Assembly: GCF_032191835.1 (NCBI RefSeq)
Contig: NC_083237.1
Coordinates: 40,796,001 to 40,860,000, forward strand
DNA length: 64,000 nt
From: Heteronotia binoei
Lineage: Eukaryota
Direction: 5' to 3'
In this document: piece by piece, positions 1 to 10,785 of the stretch
Numbering within the stretch: position 1 is the first letter of the stretch
Layout of the letters: every line of letters begins with the position of its first letter
The notes under the pieces: generated by a model
What the model saw: the letters and a program-made list of their open reading frames with translations, nothing else
Databases searched by the model: none
Told to the model about the DNA's origin: nothing
Translations under genes and position numbers: made by a program

Positions 1-494
1 ATTTACCACCCCGTATCTCTGAACTGTCACAATTTGCAAATGCGCTAAATCCTCAGCTGAGGGCTCCCCCCTCCTCTAAGAAAGAGATGTCAGGTAGCAT
101 CTGGGACTCCTGCAAGAGGAACCCAAAAATGAAAGCAATTGGAACATCTGGACCCAAATACTCTCCAGAATACATCTACATTAACTAGAATGGAAGTGAG
201 GGTTTACTATAGTAGTTTTCCAGCTATCCCAAAATGACTGCCAAAGGAGGCAGAGCCAAACACAAAATGGCCACTGCAGCAGGTAGATCTACACAAAAAT
301 CCTCTCCCATCTCGAGTCTAGACTTTGCATACCTCCCAGTTCCCCTTTCTTCTTCACCCACAGAATAATCAACATGTGGTATTTATTGCTGCAGAAAGTG
401 GCAGCGGCTACAAGCAGAGGCAGCTTCAAGAAGGGACTGAATAAACATATGGAGCAGAGGTCCATCAGTGCCAATTGCCAGAAGGTACAGATGG

Positions 495-680
495 AACAGC
501 CTCCCTAGGGCAGTGATGCTCTGTATTCTTGATGCTTGTGGGGCAACAGAGGGACGACTTCTGGAGAGTTCTGGCCCCACTGGTGGACCTCCTGATGCCT
601 CCTGGGTTTTGGCCACTGTGTGATGCAGAGTGTTGGACTGGATGGGCCACTGGCCTGATCCAACATGGCTTCTCTTATGG
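495..680 (+). mobile_element. CR1-type LINE 3' end fragment
   Basis: Ends gtgttggactggatgggccactggcctgatccaacatggcttctcttatg, resembling reptile CR1-type 3' termini; similar sequence at 60200-60365. Confidence 0.5.
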
Positions 681-808
681 CCTTACATCTCATGGTGAAA
701 TGGAGTATAGTAAGAGCATGGTTGAATCACACCAAAGGAGGCAGTGGCTTAGCTCCTTATCCAGGGAAAGCAGGAATTCCGCGTTGAAGATGCACCGAGA
801 TTTCTTAC

Positions 809-1252
809 CTCCTTCTCTCCAGAAGCATCCTCCAAGGGAGTCACCTGGTGACCTCGGTGCTCCTGGGATCTGCTGCAGGTCACGCAGAGGGCGGCTTCAT
901 CCTCCCCGCAGAAAAACATCAGGGGCTCCCGGTGCTTCTCGCAGACGCCCCCTTCCCCTTCTCCCCCCTTCGCTTCCGCCCCCTCCCCTTCCAAAGGGCT
1001 GAATTTCTTAGCTATTTCGACAAAGTTGGCCAGCAGCTGGTTGGGGCGGAGGTTCCCCTGCTGAGCTGCTCCTCTGCATTGGGGGCAGGAAGGCTCTGCA
1101 GCAGCCCCCGCCTCCCCCCAGCTGCGGGTGAGGCAGGCTCGGCAGAAGTTGTGGCCGCACTGGGTGACGATCACCGGGTCCCTGAAGAAGTCCAGGCAGA
1201 TGGAGCAAGAGGCTTCCTCGCAGAGCTTCTTCAGGGGACCTTTAGCCGCCAT
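809..1252 (-). CDS. TRIM-family E3 ligase (TRIM27/39/7-like), first coding exon: RING + B-box2
   Basis: MAAKGPLKKLCEEASCSICLDFFRDPVIVTQCGHNFCRAC...CPQC is a C3HC4 RING; CEKH...FCGEDEAALCVTC...H..H is a B-box. ATG at 1252 has Kozak context gcagccATGG. Phase-0 donor gag|gtaaga at 809/808. Downstream coiled-coil and PRY-SPRY exons were not identified in the window. Confidence 0.9.
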
Positions 1253-1720
1253 GGCTGCCCCCTTGGCCAGGGGAGAGAGAGAGAAGAACAGAATCGGTTT
1301 CGGTTTTTCCTGCGTTTCCCAAAGCAGTGAGGAGGGCGTTTCCCTGCGAGCGAATGACTCTGCCGCCGGCACCCAATCAGCGACCAGCCGAGCAATGCCC
1401 CCCAAGAAAGAGTCGCTGGGAAAAGAACAAAGCAGTAGATGGGGGGGGGGCTCTTTAAGACCAACTAAATTTTGTTCCGAATGTAAGCTTTCGTCTGCTC
1501 TGAGCAGACTTCATCAGACAAAATTGCAATGGCAAGCCATCTTTAAATATAGAGAAAGTAGACAGAAAGAATGCCGCTTTTGCACTTCTTTGCTGGCGTT
1601 TGGACTAGGCGCCTCGGAGGGAAGCGAGGGAGACTGAGGGGTCTGGCAGGGGAGACATCCCAGTGTCTGGGGAGATGTTAGAGGTCCCCGGCAAGTAGGG
1701 GTGAAAGGCACGGATCGGGC
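1253..1720 (-). promoter_or_regulatory. GC/CpG-rich 5' UTR and promoter region of the TRIM gene
   Basis: CpG-rich stretch contiguous with TRIM exon 1 against a CpG-poor background; TSS not located. Confidence 0.35.
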
Positions 1721-1959
1721 TGCTGAGTATCTCAATATCTTCCGGTCTCAACCTTTCTTATCTTAACCTCCCAACCATGCTCTTGCCAAAGAACTTGGAT
1801 CCCAGCAACAAAAAGTGCACGTTTTCTGAGAAGGACATCTGTATGTTTACAGGCATTGTGTTATTAACATTTATGATTTATGATGTTTTACGGACACACA
1901 AATGGCAGTAGTGCTGTTTCATTGCTACAGTTTTAGAACACAAACAAACGCTGGTGGCG

Positions 1960-2078
1960 GCGGGGGGGGGGGGGCGGTTAACAGCAGGCGCCCGACCAAC
2001 AAACGGTTCTGCCGAACCGATAGCACATTAGGTATTGGTTCGATAGAACCGGTGCGAACCGGCTGAATCCCACCACTG
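1960..2078. mobile_element. One end of a non-autonomous DNA transposon (hAT-like MITE)
   Basis: Ends gaaccggtgcgaaccggctgaatcccaccactg (reverse complement begins cagtggtgggattc); partner TIR and TSD not found. Confidence 0.3.
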
Positions 2079-2821
2079 ATCCCCCCCAAAAAACCTGGGG
2101 AATGGCAATTCGATAAGCAATTCCCACCACAACCTACTCTGTTAAAAACATGTAGGAAATGTAACCATCTGTTTACAAATTAAACAACCACTGGATAGTC
2201 CTAATCAGGGCCTTAGCCAGTATTTAAAAAGTCAGGGAGGGGCTTTTAAAAAGTTGGGCAACACCCTTTTCCATCAGTTGCAGGTCTTGTCATTTATCAG
2301 AAGCTTTCTGGGTTAGGGGCAAAAGCTGGAAGCTCTGAAAGTGGTCAAGTCAAAGCAGCCAATTCTAAAACTTTGAAGTAAAAAAGGGATTGCACCTTGC
2401 ATGTAAGCGTGGGTAGGGGGGGGTCCTTCCACTTCCCTCTCCCCCACCCCGGTGCTTTGCAGCCAGCAACTTCATAGTTCCCCTCCCTGGCCCATTCAAC
2501 GTGGCTTCCTCTGCCTCCCTCCTCTCCACCTGCGGTTTTTGCTGCTGCAGTGCACTGAGCCCTGCTCAGCTCTCCCAGTTCTGGTTGCTGCAGATGACGC
2601 TTTGCCAGCTCAGCTATGGCAAAAAGGAAAAAGGAGGCTGTGCCTTGGAAGGGTTCCCTGGGAGTTGGGGGGCTCTGCCTGGAAGTCAGGGGGCAGTGTC
2701 CTCACAGGCCCATTGTGGCTACAAGCCTGGTCCTAGTACTTCAGTTTCAAAATTAATCCTTTCTATCATGCAACTAGCAGGCACCTCTCTTAAAGCATTC
2801 CACCATGGCCCAAAGTATGTT

Positions 2822-3071
2822 NNNNNNNNNNNNNNNNNNNNNNNNNNNNNNNNNNNNNNNNNNNNNNNNNNNNNNNNNNNNNNNNNNNNNNNNNNNNNNN
2901 NNNNNNNNNNNNNNNNNNNNNNNNNNNNNNNNNNNNNNNNNNNNNNNNNNNNNNNNNNNNNNNNNNNNNNNNNNNNNNNNNNNNNNNNNNNNNNNNNNNN
3001 NNNNNNNNNNNNNNNNNNNNNNNNNNNNNNNNNNNNNNNNNNNNNNNNNNNNNNNNNNNNNNNNNNNNNNN
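2822..3071. other. Assembly gap (250 N)
   Basis: Run of N characters. Confidence 1.
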
Positions 3072-3135
3072 ATATTAAGCCACACACTCTCTGATGTAGC
3101 CAATCCTCCAAGACCTTATAGAACTCTTCTCACAG
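3072..3135. mobile_element. Fragment of the cagggct-TIR hAT MITE family
   Basis: atattaagccacacactctctgatgtagccaatcctccaaga matches the arm of the complete MITE at 63127-63306. Confidence 0.55.
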
Positions 3136-3337
3136 GGTTTTTATTCCCCCCCCCAAAGATGTAAATTAGGTGGACAAGACCATCTTCAGGAAAAATGTGT
3201 TCTTATAACCCAGTCTTGCTAGCAATAGAACAATTAACAGACAGCTTTTATTACATTTTATTGGTTTTCCATGCAAACTCTCTCATTCTAGCATCACTGT
3301 TTTATTGGTTTCCCACACAAATGCTATCCAGACCAAA

Positions 3338-3420
3338 TGTTTATTTATTTTATTTATTTATTTACATTAAACTTTTATCCCGCCCTCTCCGCAAGCGGAC
3401 TCAGGGTGGCTCACAACATT
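3338..3420 (-). mobile_element. L2/Squam3-type 3' tail
   Basis: (ttta)n followed by ttatcccgccct...ctcagggtggctcacaaca, the reverse complement of the L2 tail at 33157-33243. Confidence 0.55.
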
Positions 3421-3499
3421 CGAAAGAACAATGTTCTTTCTATTTTGCTATTTTGCCATTGGATCCTAACTTTATACCATTTTTCATTTTTAACCACTG

Positions 3500-3640
3500 C
3501 CCATCAGCTGTAAATAGCTCTGCTCACTGTACCCCATTCCATTGTCTGATGAAATATGCATACATACAAAAGCTTACATTCTGAATAAAACTTTGCCAGT
3601 CTTAAAGGTGCTACTGGACTCCTACTTTGTTCTATTGTCT
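3500..3640 (+). mobile_element. Penelope-like element 3' terminal fragment
   Basis: tctgatgaa...aaagcttaca...agtcttaaaggtgctactggact; shares agtcttaaaggtgctactggact with 46236-46258, the 3' end of the GIY-YIG-bearing element. Confidence 0.5.
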
Positions 3641-4321
3641 CATCATCAGTTAGTCGACATTTATTCCATTACAGATGCATGTGTGTCTAAACTTGATTAA
3701 GAAGTATCAAGTTTAATATTCTATGGTTCTATACAAATGATTCACATAAAGAAACATATATTAATGCAGTTCCATTTGTGCAAGATTGCCTGCAGCTTTC
3801 TAACTTTACAAGCTCATGTGTAATTTTCATGCTCAGAAACAGGTTGAACAAGAGTTTGCAAGCATAAATTCAAGTGTAGATTCAATGTTTGAATTAGTGC
3901 AAGCAGCTATTGCCCCCCCCCCCCCCAGTCGGAATAACAAGGCAAACACTTTAATTTTTGGGTAATAAAACAGGGCAACTTTATTGAACATTTTTCTATG
4001 GCATGAGGCAACCTAAAATGCTGGACAGGCCAAGGGAAACCCCTGACCCTTCCCTGTCTGGCAAGGGCAAGCCACCCAGCCCCCGGCAGTAGCCAGTTTG
4101 CATTGGCTAATGCCAGGCTGGCTAAGGCCGGGTTTACCCTCCACCCGGTGCAGGCCTTAACCGAGGAGGGAACCCTATAGCGAGCATCACAGCAGAGAGC
4201 CATACAGCCCAGCTGCCATTCCATCCTGCCACTTCCCCTCAAACAGCGTAAACCAAGGGTGCTCACCAGTGTCCTAAATCACCCAAAGCACACTCCAGCC
4301 ACTGACAATGCCAAGCCTCAG

Positions 4322-4745
4322 CTTAGGCACTTGCACCCACCGGGTGGCCCAGAGCCACCCGAAGCCCCAGCCGTAGCTCATGCTAAAAGGCCTTGTTGCC
4401 CTTCACAGACAGGTGGACCCTGTCCTGCCGATACAGGTCCGCCAACTCCGACCTTATAGCAGGATGCGGAAGGTAAACACCCAAGCCTCCACACAAGGCC
4501 TTCTGAAGGGCCCTGTTGGCCTTGCGTCTGACCCTTTCAATCCCTGCTGGATCCCAGGCCGCCCTCCAAACCCTGTGAGGAAGTATGGCAGACCACAGAA
4601 TCAGCCCCCTGCTTTGTACGATCTGAAGATCCTCACTCGCCTGCAAAGAAAGGGCCCTCCCTTTCAAAATGCCAAGAAAATTGCCACCAAGGTGGGCCAC
4701 CAAAACAGTCCTCCCTTGAAAGAGAAGTGGCTGGAGCCCGGACCA
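4322..4745 (-). pseudogene. SGNH-hydrolase ORF remnant of Ngaro copy 1
   Basis: HLGGN (block III) and DRVHL (block V, DGVHL in copy 2); block I removed by a deletion near 4752; premature stop at 4383. Confidence 0.75.
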
Positions 4746-4749
4746 GCAT

Positions 4750-5520
4750 AGCCTATGTGGAATGAGTGTATCCCAAATTTAACCCCATCAAGCCCAAGCT
4801 TCTCCAGGGTCCTCGTAGTTACAGTCCAAAACTGAAACTTGGTTAACAGGGACTGATTTGCGTGGCGGAATAAGGGATCATCGTCCTCTCCTTGAGTAGC
4901 AATATACCACTTTAATGCGATCACTGGGCAGAGTTCCTGCTCCCGACATAAACCCAGAGCGATCATCACACCCTTCTGTTTCTGGTCGGTTTTTGATCTC
5001 CATACCCTAAGAGATACTTGGTCCCCTACAAATTTAATGTCACCCGAATGCAAGGCACGATCAGCACTATCTTGGCGCGAGCTTGCAACTAGCTCACTAA
5101 CCCTGAAGGCCCCAAAGAAGGCCACCAATGCCGCTGCATGAAACAATCCCAACTCGAAAGTAGAGGTACACATTTTGGGTCACACTGAATGCAATCCTTT
5201 TAGAACTGCTGAGGAAATGGATTGCCTCGTGTCCGGTCGAGGATCTTGCTCATGCTCCCACCCCTCTAACATCTTCTGTAGTCTGAAATCACCCGTGGCC
5301 TCTGAAAATCCCTGGATTTTACTATTAAATGCCAAGGCAGCCATACTTGCCCTGATGGACTTAACCACAAGCCCCTTACCTTTCAAGTGGACGTAGAAGT
5401 GCATGAGATGTGAAGCTGGGATAGGCCAAATTGCACGCAACCCTACCTGCTCCCTAAACATTTGAAACTGCAGGACAGAGCGGTTATATGCCTTCCTGAT
5501 ACTGGGTGCCAGAGCTAACT
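4750..5520 (-). pseudogene. Tyrosine recombinase remnant of Ngaro copy 1
   Basis: LALAPSIRKAY..., FFGAFRVSELV, RSKTDQ, HSFHIG; frameshifted and C-terminally deleted. Confidence 0.85.
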
Positions 5521-5559
5521 GCATTGCATGGTTAGCCTCAGCTCTCCAAGCTGCCACAT

Positions 5560-7140
5560 GTCCGGGGGCATCCGTGCCGGCCAAAGATTGGCCTATGGTG
5601 CAAGCTGCCGAAATTGCTCCATCTGCCGGTGAGACAGAGTGTCCGCCACACCATTGCAAACACCAGGCACATGCTTTGTGAGGAATAAAATATTCAGACG
5701 CAAACAATGTAATGTGAATGCTCTGACCAAATCATCACTGGGGCAGATTTGGAAGTAAGAGTGTTAATAATGTGAACCACTGCCTGGTTGTCTCACCAAA
5801 AATGAACGACATGATTGGCCAGTTCAGCCCCCCAAAGCTGAACTGCTACCACTATTAGGAAAAATTCTAAAAAGTTCAAATTTCGGCATAGCTCACTGTT
5901 CAACCACTCCCTAAGCCATCCTTCCGTGCACCAATGTCCAAGGAAGTACACCCCAAATCCAATGGATGTGGCTACATCAGAAGTGATCTGCAGATCAGCT
6001 TCAATCTCATGTCATCCCGTCAAAAGGAAATGCCATTAAAGGATGACAAAAACTGCTCCCACACCTCTAAGTCCTGCTGCATTCCACTGCTAAGCCTGAT
6101 CCAGTGATGAGGAAGATGTAAAGCCCCTATGGCATCACACAGCTGCCGCAGGAAGGCCCTGCCCAGGGCCACCACTTTGCATGCAAAGTTAAGGTGGTCA
6201 ACGATCTGCTGAAGTTCCAATAGAGAAATCTTCTGCCTACCTTTCAGTGCAGCCAATTTCAGCCTCAGGTCTTGAACCTTCTCCACTGGCAGCCATGAAG
6301 CTTGCCGCACGGTGTCCAACTCGATACCCAAAAAGGTCAACACCAATGAGGGGCCCTCCATCTTTTCATGGGCCAGCAGGACCCCAAGGTCCCTAGCCAG
6401 CCCTACAAATGTATGGAGCAGCCGTGCACATTGGCCTGACCCCCCCGGGACCACAAGCAAAAAATCATCAAGGTAATGGACCAAGTTAGCTGAACCAGCC
6501 TTCCTCCATAAGGCCCATTGCAAAAAGGAACTAAAACGCTCAAAGACCGCACATGATATAGAGCAACCCATGGGTAATGTCCTATCCATGTAATATTTGC
6601 CCTCGGATATAAAATCCAGTAGCTCAAAGTCGTTGGGTTGCACCGGGAGGAGGCGAAACACTGACTTAATGTCACATTTAGCCATCTCTGCCCCCACCCT
6701 GCAAGTCCAAACCCCTTTGACTGCCTGGTCAAAGGAGGTGTACCAAACTGAACAAAGGGAATGGCATCATTCATCGACCCCCCTTTTGGGTAGGACAAGT
6801 GATGAATGAGGCGAAATTCCCCAGCCGCCTTCTTGGGCACCATGCCTAAAGGAGATATCCACAGATTCAGGACAGGAGGGCTATCAAAAGGGCCTAGTAC
6901 TCGGCTCTCTGCACATACCTTCGCTATCTTGTCCCTCACCACATGTTCCAACCCGTGAACTGAATGTAAATTCCGGGACATAGAGGATCCCCTGAGGTCC
7001 TGAAATGGAATATGAAACCCTAACACGAAGCCCTCCCACAAATACTTCCCGTCAGCTACCCTGGGGTACTCAGTCAAAAGGTCCTTAAGTACCCTCAGCC
7101 TGATTGGACTGGGACACTTTCCCAGATGCTTGGGTGCTCC
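5560..7140 (-). pseudogene. RT/RNase H remnant of Ngaro copy 1
   Basis: PLGMVPKKAAGEFRLIHHLS, KCDIKSVFR, LPMGCSISC, HYLDDF; several frameshifts. Confidence 0.9.
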
Positions 7141-8612
7141 CCCCAGTCCCCAGACGCTTACTTCCAGCTCTTGGTTTTGATTTGTTGCATGCCGAGAAAG
7201 CATGGGACCCCCCACACAGTGGACACTCGTGTTTGTATTTGCAAGTTTTTCTATTGCACATGCCCTGCAACGTGTACTCCCAACACAGCAGCCGGGGTTG
7301 AACTGGCTGCCCCGCTGCTGCGTGGGGACCAGCTATGCTCGCCTGCTTACTCACGAGATGGCCACTAGTGGACCTGTCGCCACTATTAGGCTTTGCCGGT
7401 GACATCAACTGCAGTCACAGCTGCTGGTTGATCTGGTCCCAGGGTATTGCCGGGTTCAGGTCAGCCCTCATATGGAACTCCTCATCGTACTGCAACCAAG
7501 CAGCATCAGAGAAGTCCGTATAAGCCTTATAGATGATGTCACAGTATTGAAATAGCGGTGCTGCCCGTAAAAGCTGAGTACGTGCAATCACCCTTGCATA
7601 AATCAGAAACCGTAGCAACCAGTTCGTCCAATTCTTATCCACCTTTCTCCACTTCAATTTCTCCTTGTCCTTATCCTCTAATTCGTCTTTGTCCTTCTTC
7701 TCAAGCTCCCTATAAAAAAGGCTAAAAACGTCAACATATTCCCCCCTTAAAATCTTTTCCCCGGTGGCCACTGTCAAGTGGTCCCCCAGGGGCATGGTGG
7801 TGTCTCCAAAGGGGTGACACTGAAAGGGGACTGCCCCATAGGAGGTCGGGGCCAAACCCCATCCTCCCCATCGAGATGCAGGCCAACCGGCCGGCCATTG
7901 GCTATAGAGGTGTTGACCCCAGGGCAAAGATCCAGACAACATCTGGTTGAGCCCCCTGCAAATTGGACTGTGTAGCAACTGTTGAGGAAGGCTGAGTATG
8001 CCCCCAGGGAAAATACTGACCTTGGGCAAACGGGGCCAAAGCCCGTGGAACACAGGGCTGGTTAGGTAACTCCCCCAAACCACCCAATCCAAACATAGCC
8101 GTAGAACCCACTGGACCAGGCATGTACAGGGACCCCCAACCACCTTAGGGCCACCCACTACTGGGCCCTGGACTATTATGCTTACCCTCTGAGTCCTCTG
8201 CATTCACAGCAACTACCACCGGAGCCAGGCCCACCCACCTGGGGCAACTTGCAGCATCTGGAGTGTTGCCTTCTCCATCAGACTCGGAATCATTCTTGTC
8301 AACCGGGTCATGGCTCGGTCCTCCTGAACTGCCTGCCCGAGCAGTGCTGCCCTGCAAAGCAGAAAGATGTGCCAGTACCTCCTGTTCAAAGGCCCTAGTA
8401 GATGCCCCTGCTGCCTTACGGCCCTTAACAAGTCTCGTTGCCCCCGGGTCCAGACCCTGCTGTTGCTACAGTGCCCCAAGCTGATCCATAATCACCCACC
8501 TGGTGAGCACCTCCTCCTCATCCCCAGGCACAGGATTCGCTGCGCACTTCCTGGCAGCGCCCTTAAGGGACTGCTTGCCCTTTAGCATGCCCTGACACTT
8601 TTTAGGAGCCAT
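7085..8612 (-). pseudogene. Gag-like ORF1 remnant of Ngaro copy 1
   Basis: Starts MAPKKCQG at 8612; contains PLGDHL...GEYVDVFSL, AAWLQYDEEF and CWEY...CNRKTCKYKHECPLCGGSHAFSAC; interrupted by stops and frameshifts. Confidence 0.8.
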
Positions 8613-9469
8613 CGGCCCATGCCAAAACCCCTGAAGCAGAAAGGGAGTGGGAAAATGAGGGTTGTGGTTCCTTTCCCCTTTCTTATATATATATGTAACT
8701 GCCAGTCCCACACCCTCAACACCCTGGAGACTAGTCTTTAGCCCATCACTGCCCCAGGAGATGGCTGGGAAGAAGGCCCAAGGAACAAAGTGTAATGGCC
8801 GCCTCCCACCCAGCCGGCTTAGAAGCTGGTAGCCAGATGGGCTGGGGGGGTGTTGAGAACTCCTGGTGGCCCCCGGTTAGAGTCAGATGACCCAGGAAGC
8901 TCCTCAAACCCTGACCACTATAATCCCCAATAGGAGAAAAGCCGGTCCCTGTGAGGCCCCAATCCAAAGCGGAGGGGTGAAGAGGACACCCCACTGGGCG
9001 GGGAAGAAAGGAGAGGGACCCAGCAACTCAGCCGCACCACCCGTCCGAGGACCACCACCAAACCGGAAACCAACTCCCGATCTACGAGCCATTGGCTTGC
9101 CATGCAACACACTCTCAGCCCACCGACGAGGAGCACTAGCAAGTGTCCTTCCCTGGCTGAGAGCACTTCAAACTGCACCATTCAGGGTCTGGGCTGAATG
9201 CCCCCAAGCTCTGCCCCCCATCCAAGCCCAGATTGGCGGGAATGTGCACTCATATCAGTGTGCAGCCAGGTGGTCATGTAAATGTTACAACCACTGGAAA
9301 CTGAATTTGACTTAAAAATGCTAAAAAAGTAATGCATGTTGTAGAAACTCAGATGATAGGCTAGGATAAATTTTATCCTTAACGGTAGTATACCGATTAC
9401 TACATCACAGTGTGCTAATGTACTAAAGAGCCAATTTCTTTTATTTGTTTGTTTGTTTATTGCCATAAA

Positions 9470-9640
9470 GAACAGACTGATTTATGATGACCCCACAGGG
9501 TTTTCAAGTCAAGAAACATTCAGAGGTGGTTTGTTATTGTTTGCCTCCACGTCACAATCTTGAAGGTCTCTCATCAAAATACTAGCCAAGGCCAACTCTA
9601 CTTAGCTTTCAGGATTTGATGAGATCTGGATAGTATAGGG
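9470..9640 (-). mobile_element. 5S rRNA-derived SINE (5S-Sauria-like)
   Basis: Reverse complement gatctcatcaaatcctgaaagctaagtagagttggccttggctagtattttgatgagagacc resembles the 5S internal promoter (A and C boxes), followed by a Sauria-like caaaccacctctg segment. Confidence 0.6.
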
Positions 9641-9775
9641 CAGGGGTGGCCAACGGGTGCTCTCCAGGTTTTTTTGCCTACAACTCCCATCAGCCCCAGC
9701 CAACATGGCCAATAGCTAAGGCTGATGGGAGCTGTAGGCAAAAAACATCTGGAGAGCTACCATTGGCCACCCCTA
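9641..9775. mobile_element. hAT MITE
   Basis: TIRs caggggtggccaa / ttggccaccccta, internal palindrome, perfect 8-bp TSD gtataggg (9633-9640, 9776-9783). Confidence 0.9.
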
Positions 9776-9902
9776 GTATAGGGTAATTTCAATCTACTGA
9801 TGACAACAGATTTCAAGAGGATTGAGGGTATAATGGATGAAGAAATATAAGTAGGGAATAGTAGGTCAATGGAGCAAGTAGAGCAATTAAAGTATTTAAG
9901 AG

Positions 9903-10189
9903 TTAGGGTTTGTAGAATCTTTCGAGCTCAAGTGCCGTGTTCTACTGGAGAAAGTTTTTCTTCCAGACGTTTCGTTCTCAGCTGCGGAGAACATCCGCAG
10001 TGGCGTTGCAGCCGGAGCAGGCGCTCTGACCTCGCCTGCTCCGGCTGCAACGCCACTGAGGATGTTCTCCGCAGCTGAGAATGAAACGTCTGGAAGAAAA
10101 ACTTTCTCCAGTAGAACACGGCACTTGAGCCCAAAAATTCTACAAACCCTAATGATGTTACCAGCCGTGAAAACCTGAAATCTTTGATA
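9903..10189. mobile_element. Penelope-like fold-back insertion (inverted pseudo-LTR fragments)
   Basis: About 120-bp inverted arms joined at 10032/10033; flanking duplication tttaagag(tta); same termini as 57711-58518. Confidence 0.8.
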
Positions 10190-10674
10190 TTTAAGAGTTA
10201 TATTTCAAGTGAATCTTTCTTTGAAGGTGCATTTGGAGTCTGTTATAAGAACAGTCATAAACAGTGGGAAAGCTATTTTTTTTTAATTCCTCTGAGGGAC
10301 AACGTATTCCTGCAGCAGGAATATGCATTTAATATTAAAGCATTTAATATTAAAGTTTCTGAGCAGTGTGGATTCGTGTGGTAACAGACAATACTGATGG
10401 ACCATTGCTAAGATTTTTACACAATATACTGGAAACATTGAAAAGTGTGACAGAAATAGCTTTGAGAGCCCAGATTGGGGACATGACTTTTGAAGCAAAG
10501 GCTTAGTGGAAAGCATTTAATCTGAAAAGTGTGGATGGGGTACTAGCCAAATTGATGGTATCAAGACTAATGCTTGAATTGCCCAGGATTTTCAAATTTG
10601 AAAAGTGAACCATTTTTTTCTTTGCTTAAGGAGAACTTTATCTTTTTAGAAGCAAAGACTTTTTGGTTACCAAA

Positions 10675-10785
10675 TGATGGTTTTATGTTGGTTTTATGTT
10701 GTAAGCCGCCCTGAGCCCGCCTCGGTGGGGTAGGGCGGGATATAAATCGAATTAAATAAATAAAAAATAAAAATAAATAAAAACA
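10675..10785 (+). mobile_element. L2/Squam3-type 3' tail
   Basis: gttgtaagccgccctgagccc...gggcgggatataaat followed by an (aaat)n tail. Confidence 0.6.

Larger units (their letters stand above)
3910..9245 (-). mobile_element. Ngaro-type (DIRS order) tyrosine-recombinase retrotransposon, copy 1, degenerate
   Basis: Order on minus strand is gag (Cys/His finger), RT/RNase H (HYLDDF), tyrosine recombinase, SGNH hydrolase, then AATAAA (plus-strand tttatt 3980-3985). No methyltransferase domain. Colinear with copy 2 at 40787-45981. 5' boundary approximate. Confidence 0.85.

Noticed and set aside
55-111. Possible TRIM exon 2 after a minus-strand acceptor at 110-111
   Set aside because: The phase-0 frame reaches a stop within about 18 codons and is not coiled-coil-like.
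289-474. 61-aa ORF beginning LCSICL, superficially RING-like
   Set aside because: The remaining RING ligands are missing or mis-spaced; probably chance.
529-1637. Plus-strand ORFs overlapping the TRIM exon
   Set aside because: Antisense shadows of GC-rich coding DNA and a CR1 fragment.
2501-3164. ORFs spanning the N run, including a Cys-rich signal-peptide-like start at 2501
   Set aside because: Length is an artefact of the gap; the start is GTG and no domain is recognisable.
8612-8720. Possible intron in the Ngaro copy 1 leader that is absent from copy 2
   Set aside because: The donor is weak (gttaca) and removing it does not reproduce the copy 2 sequence; a simple indel is more likely.
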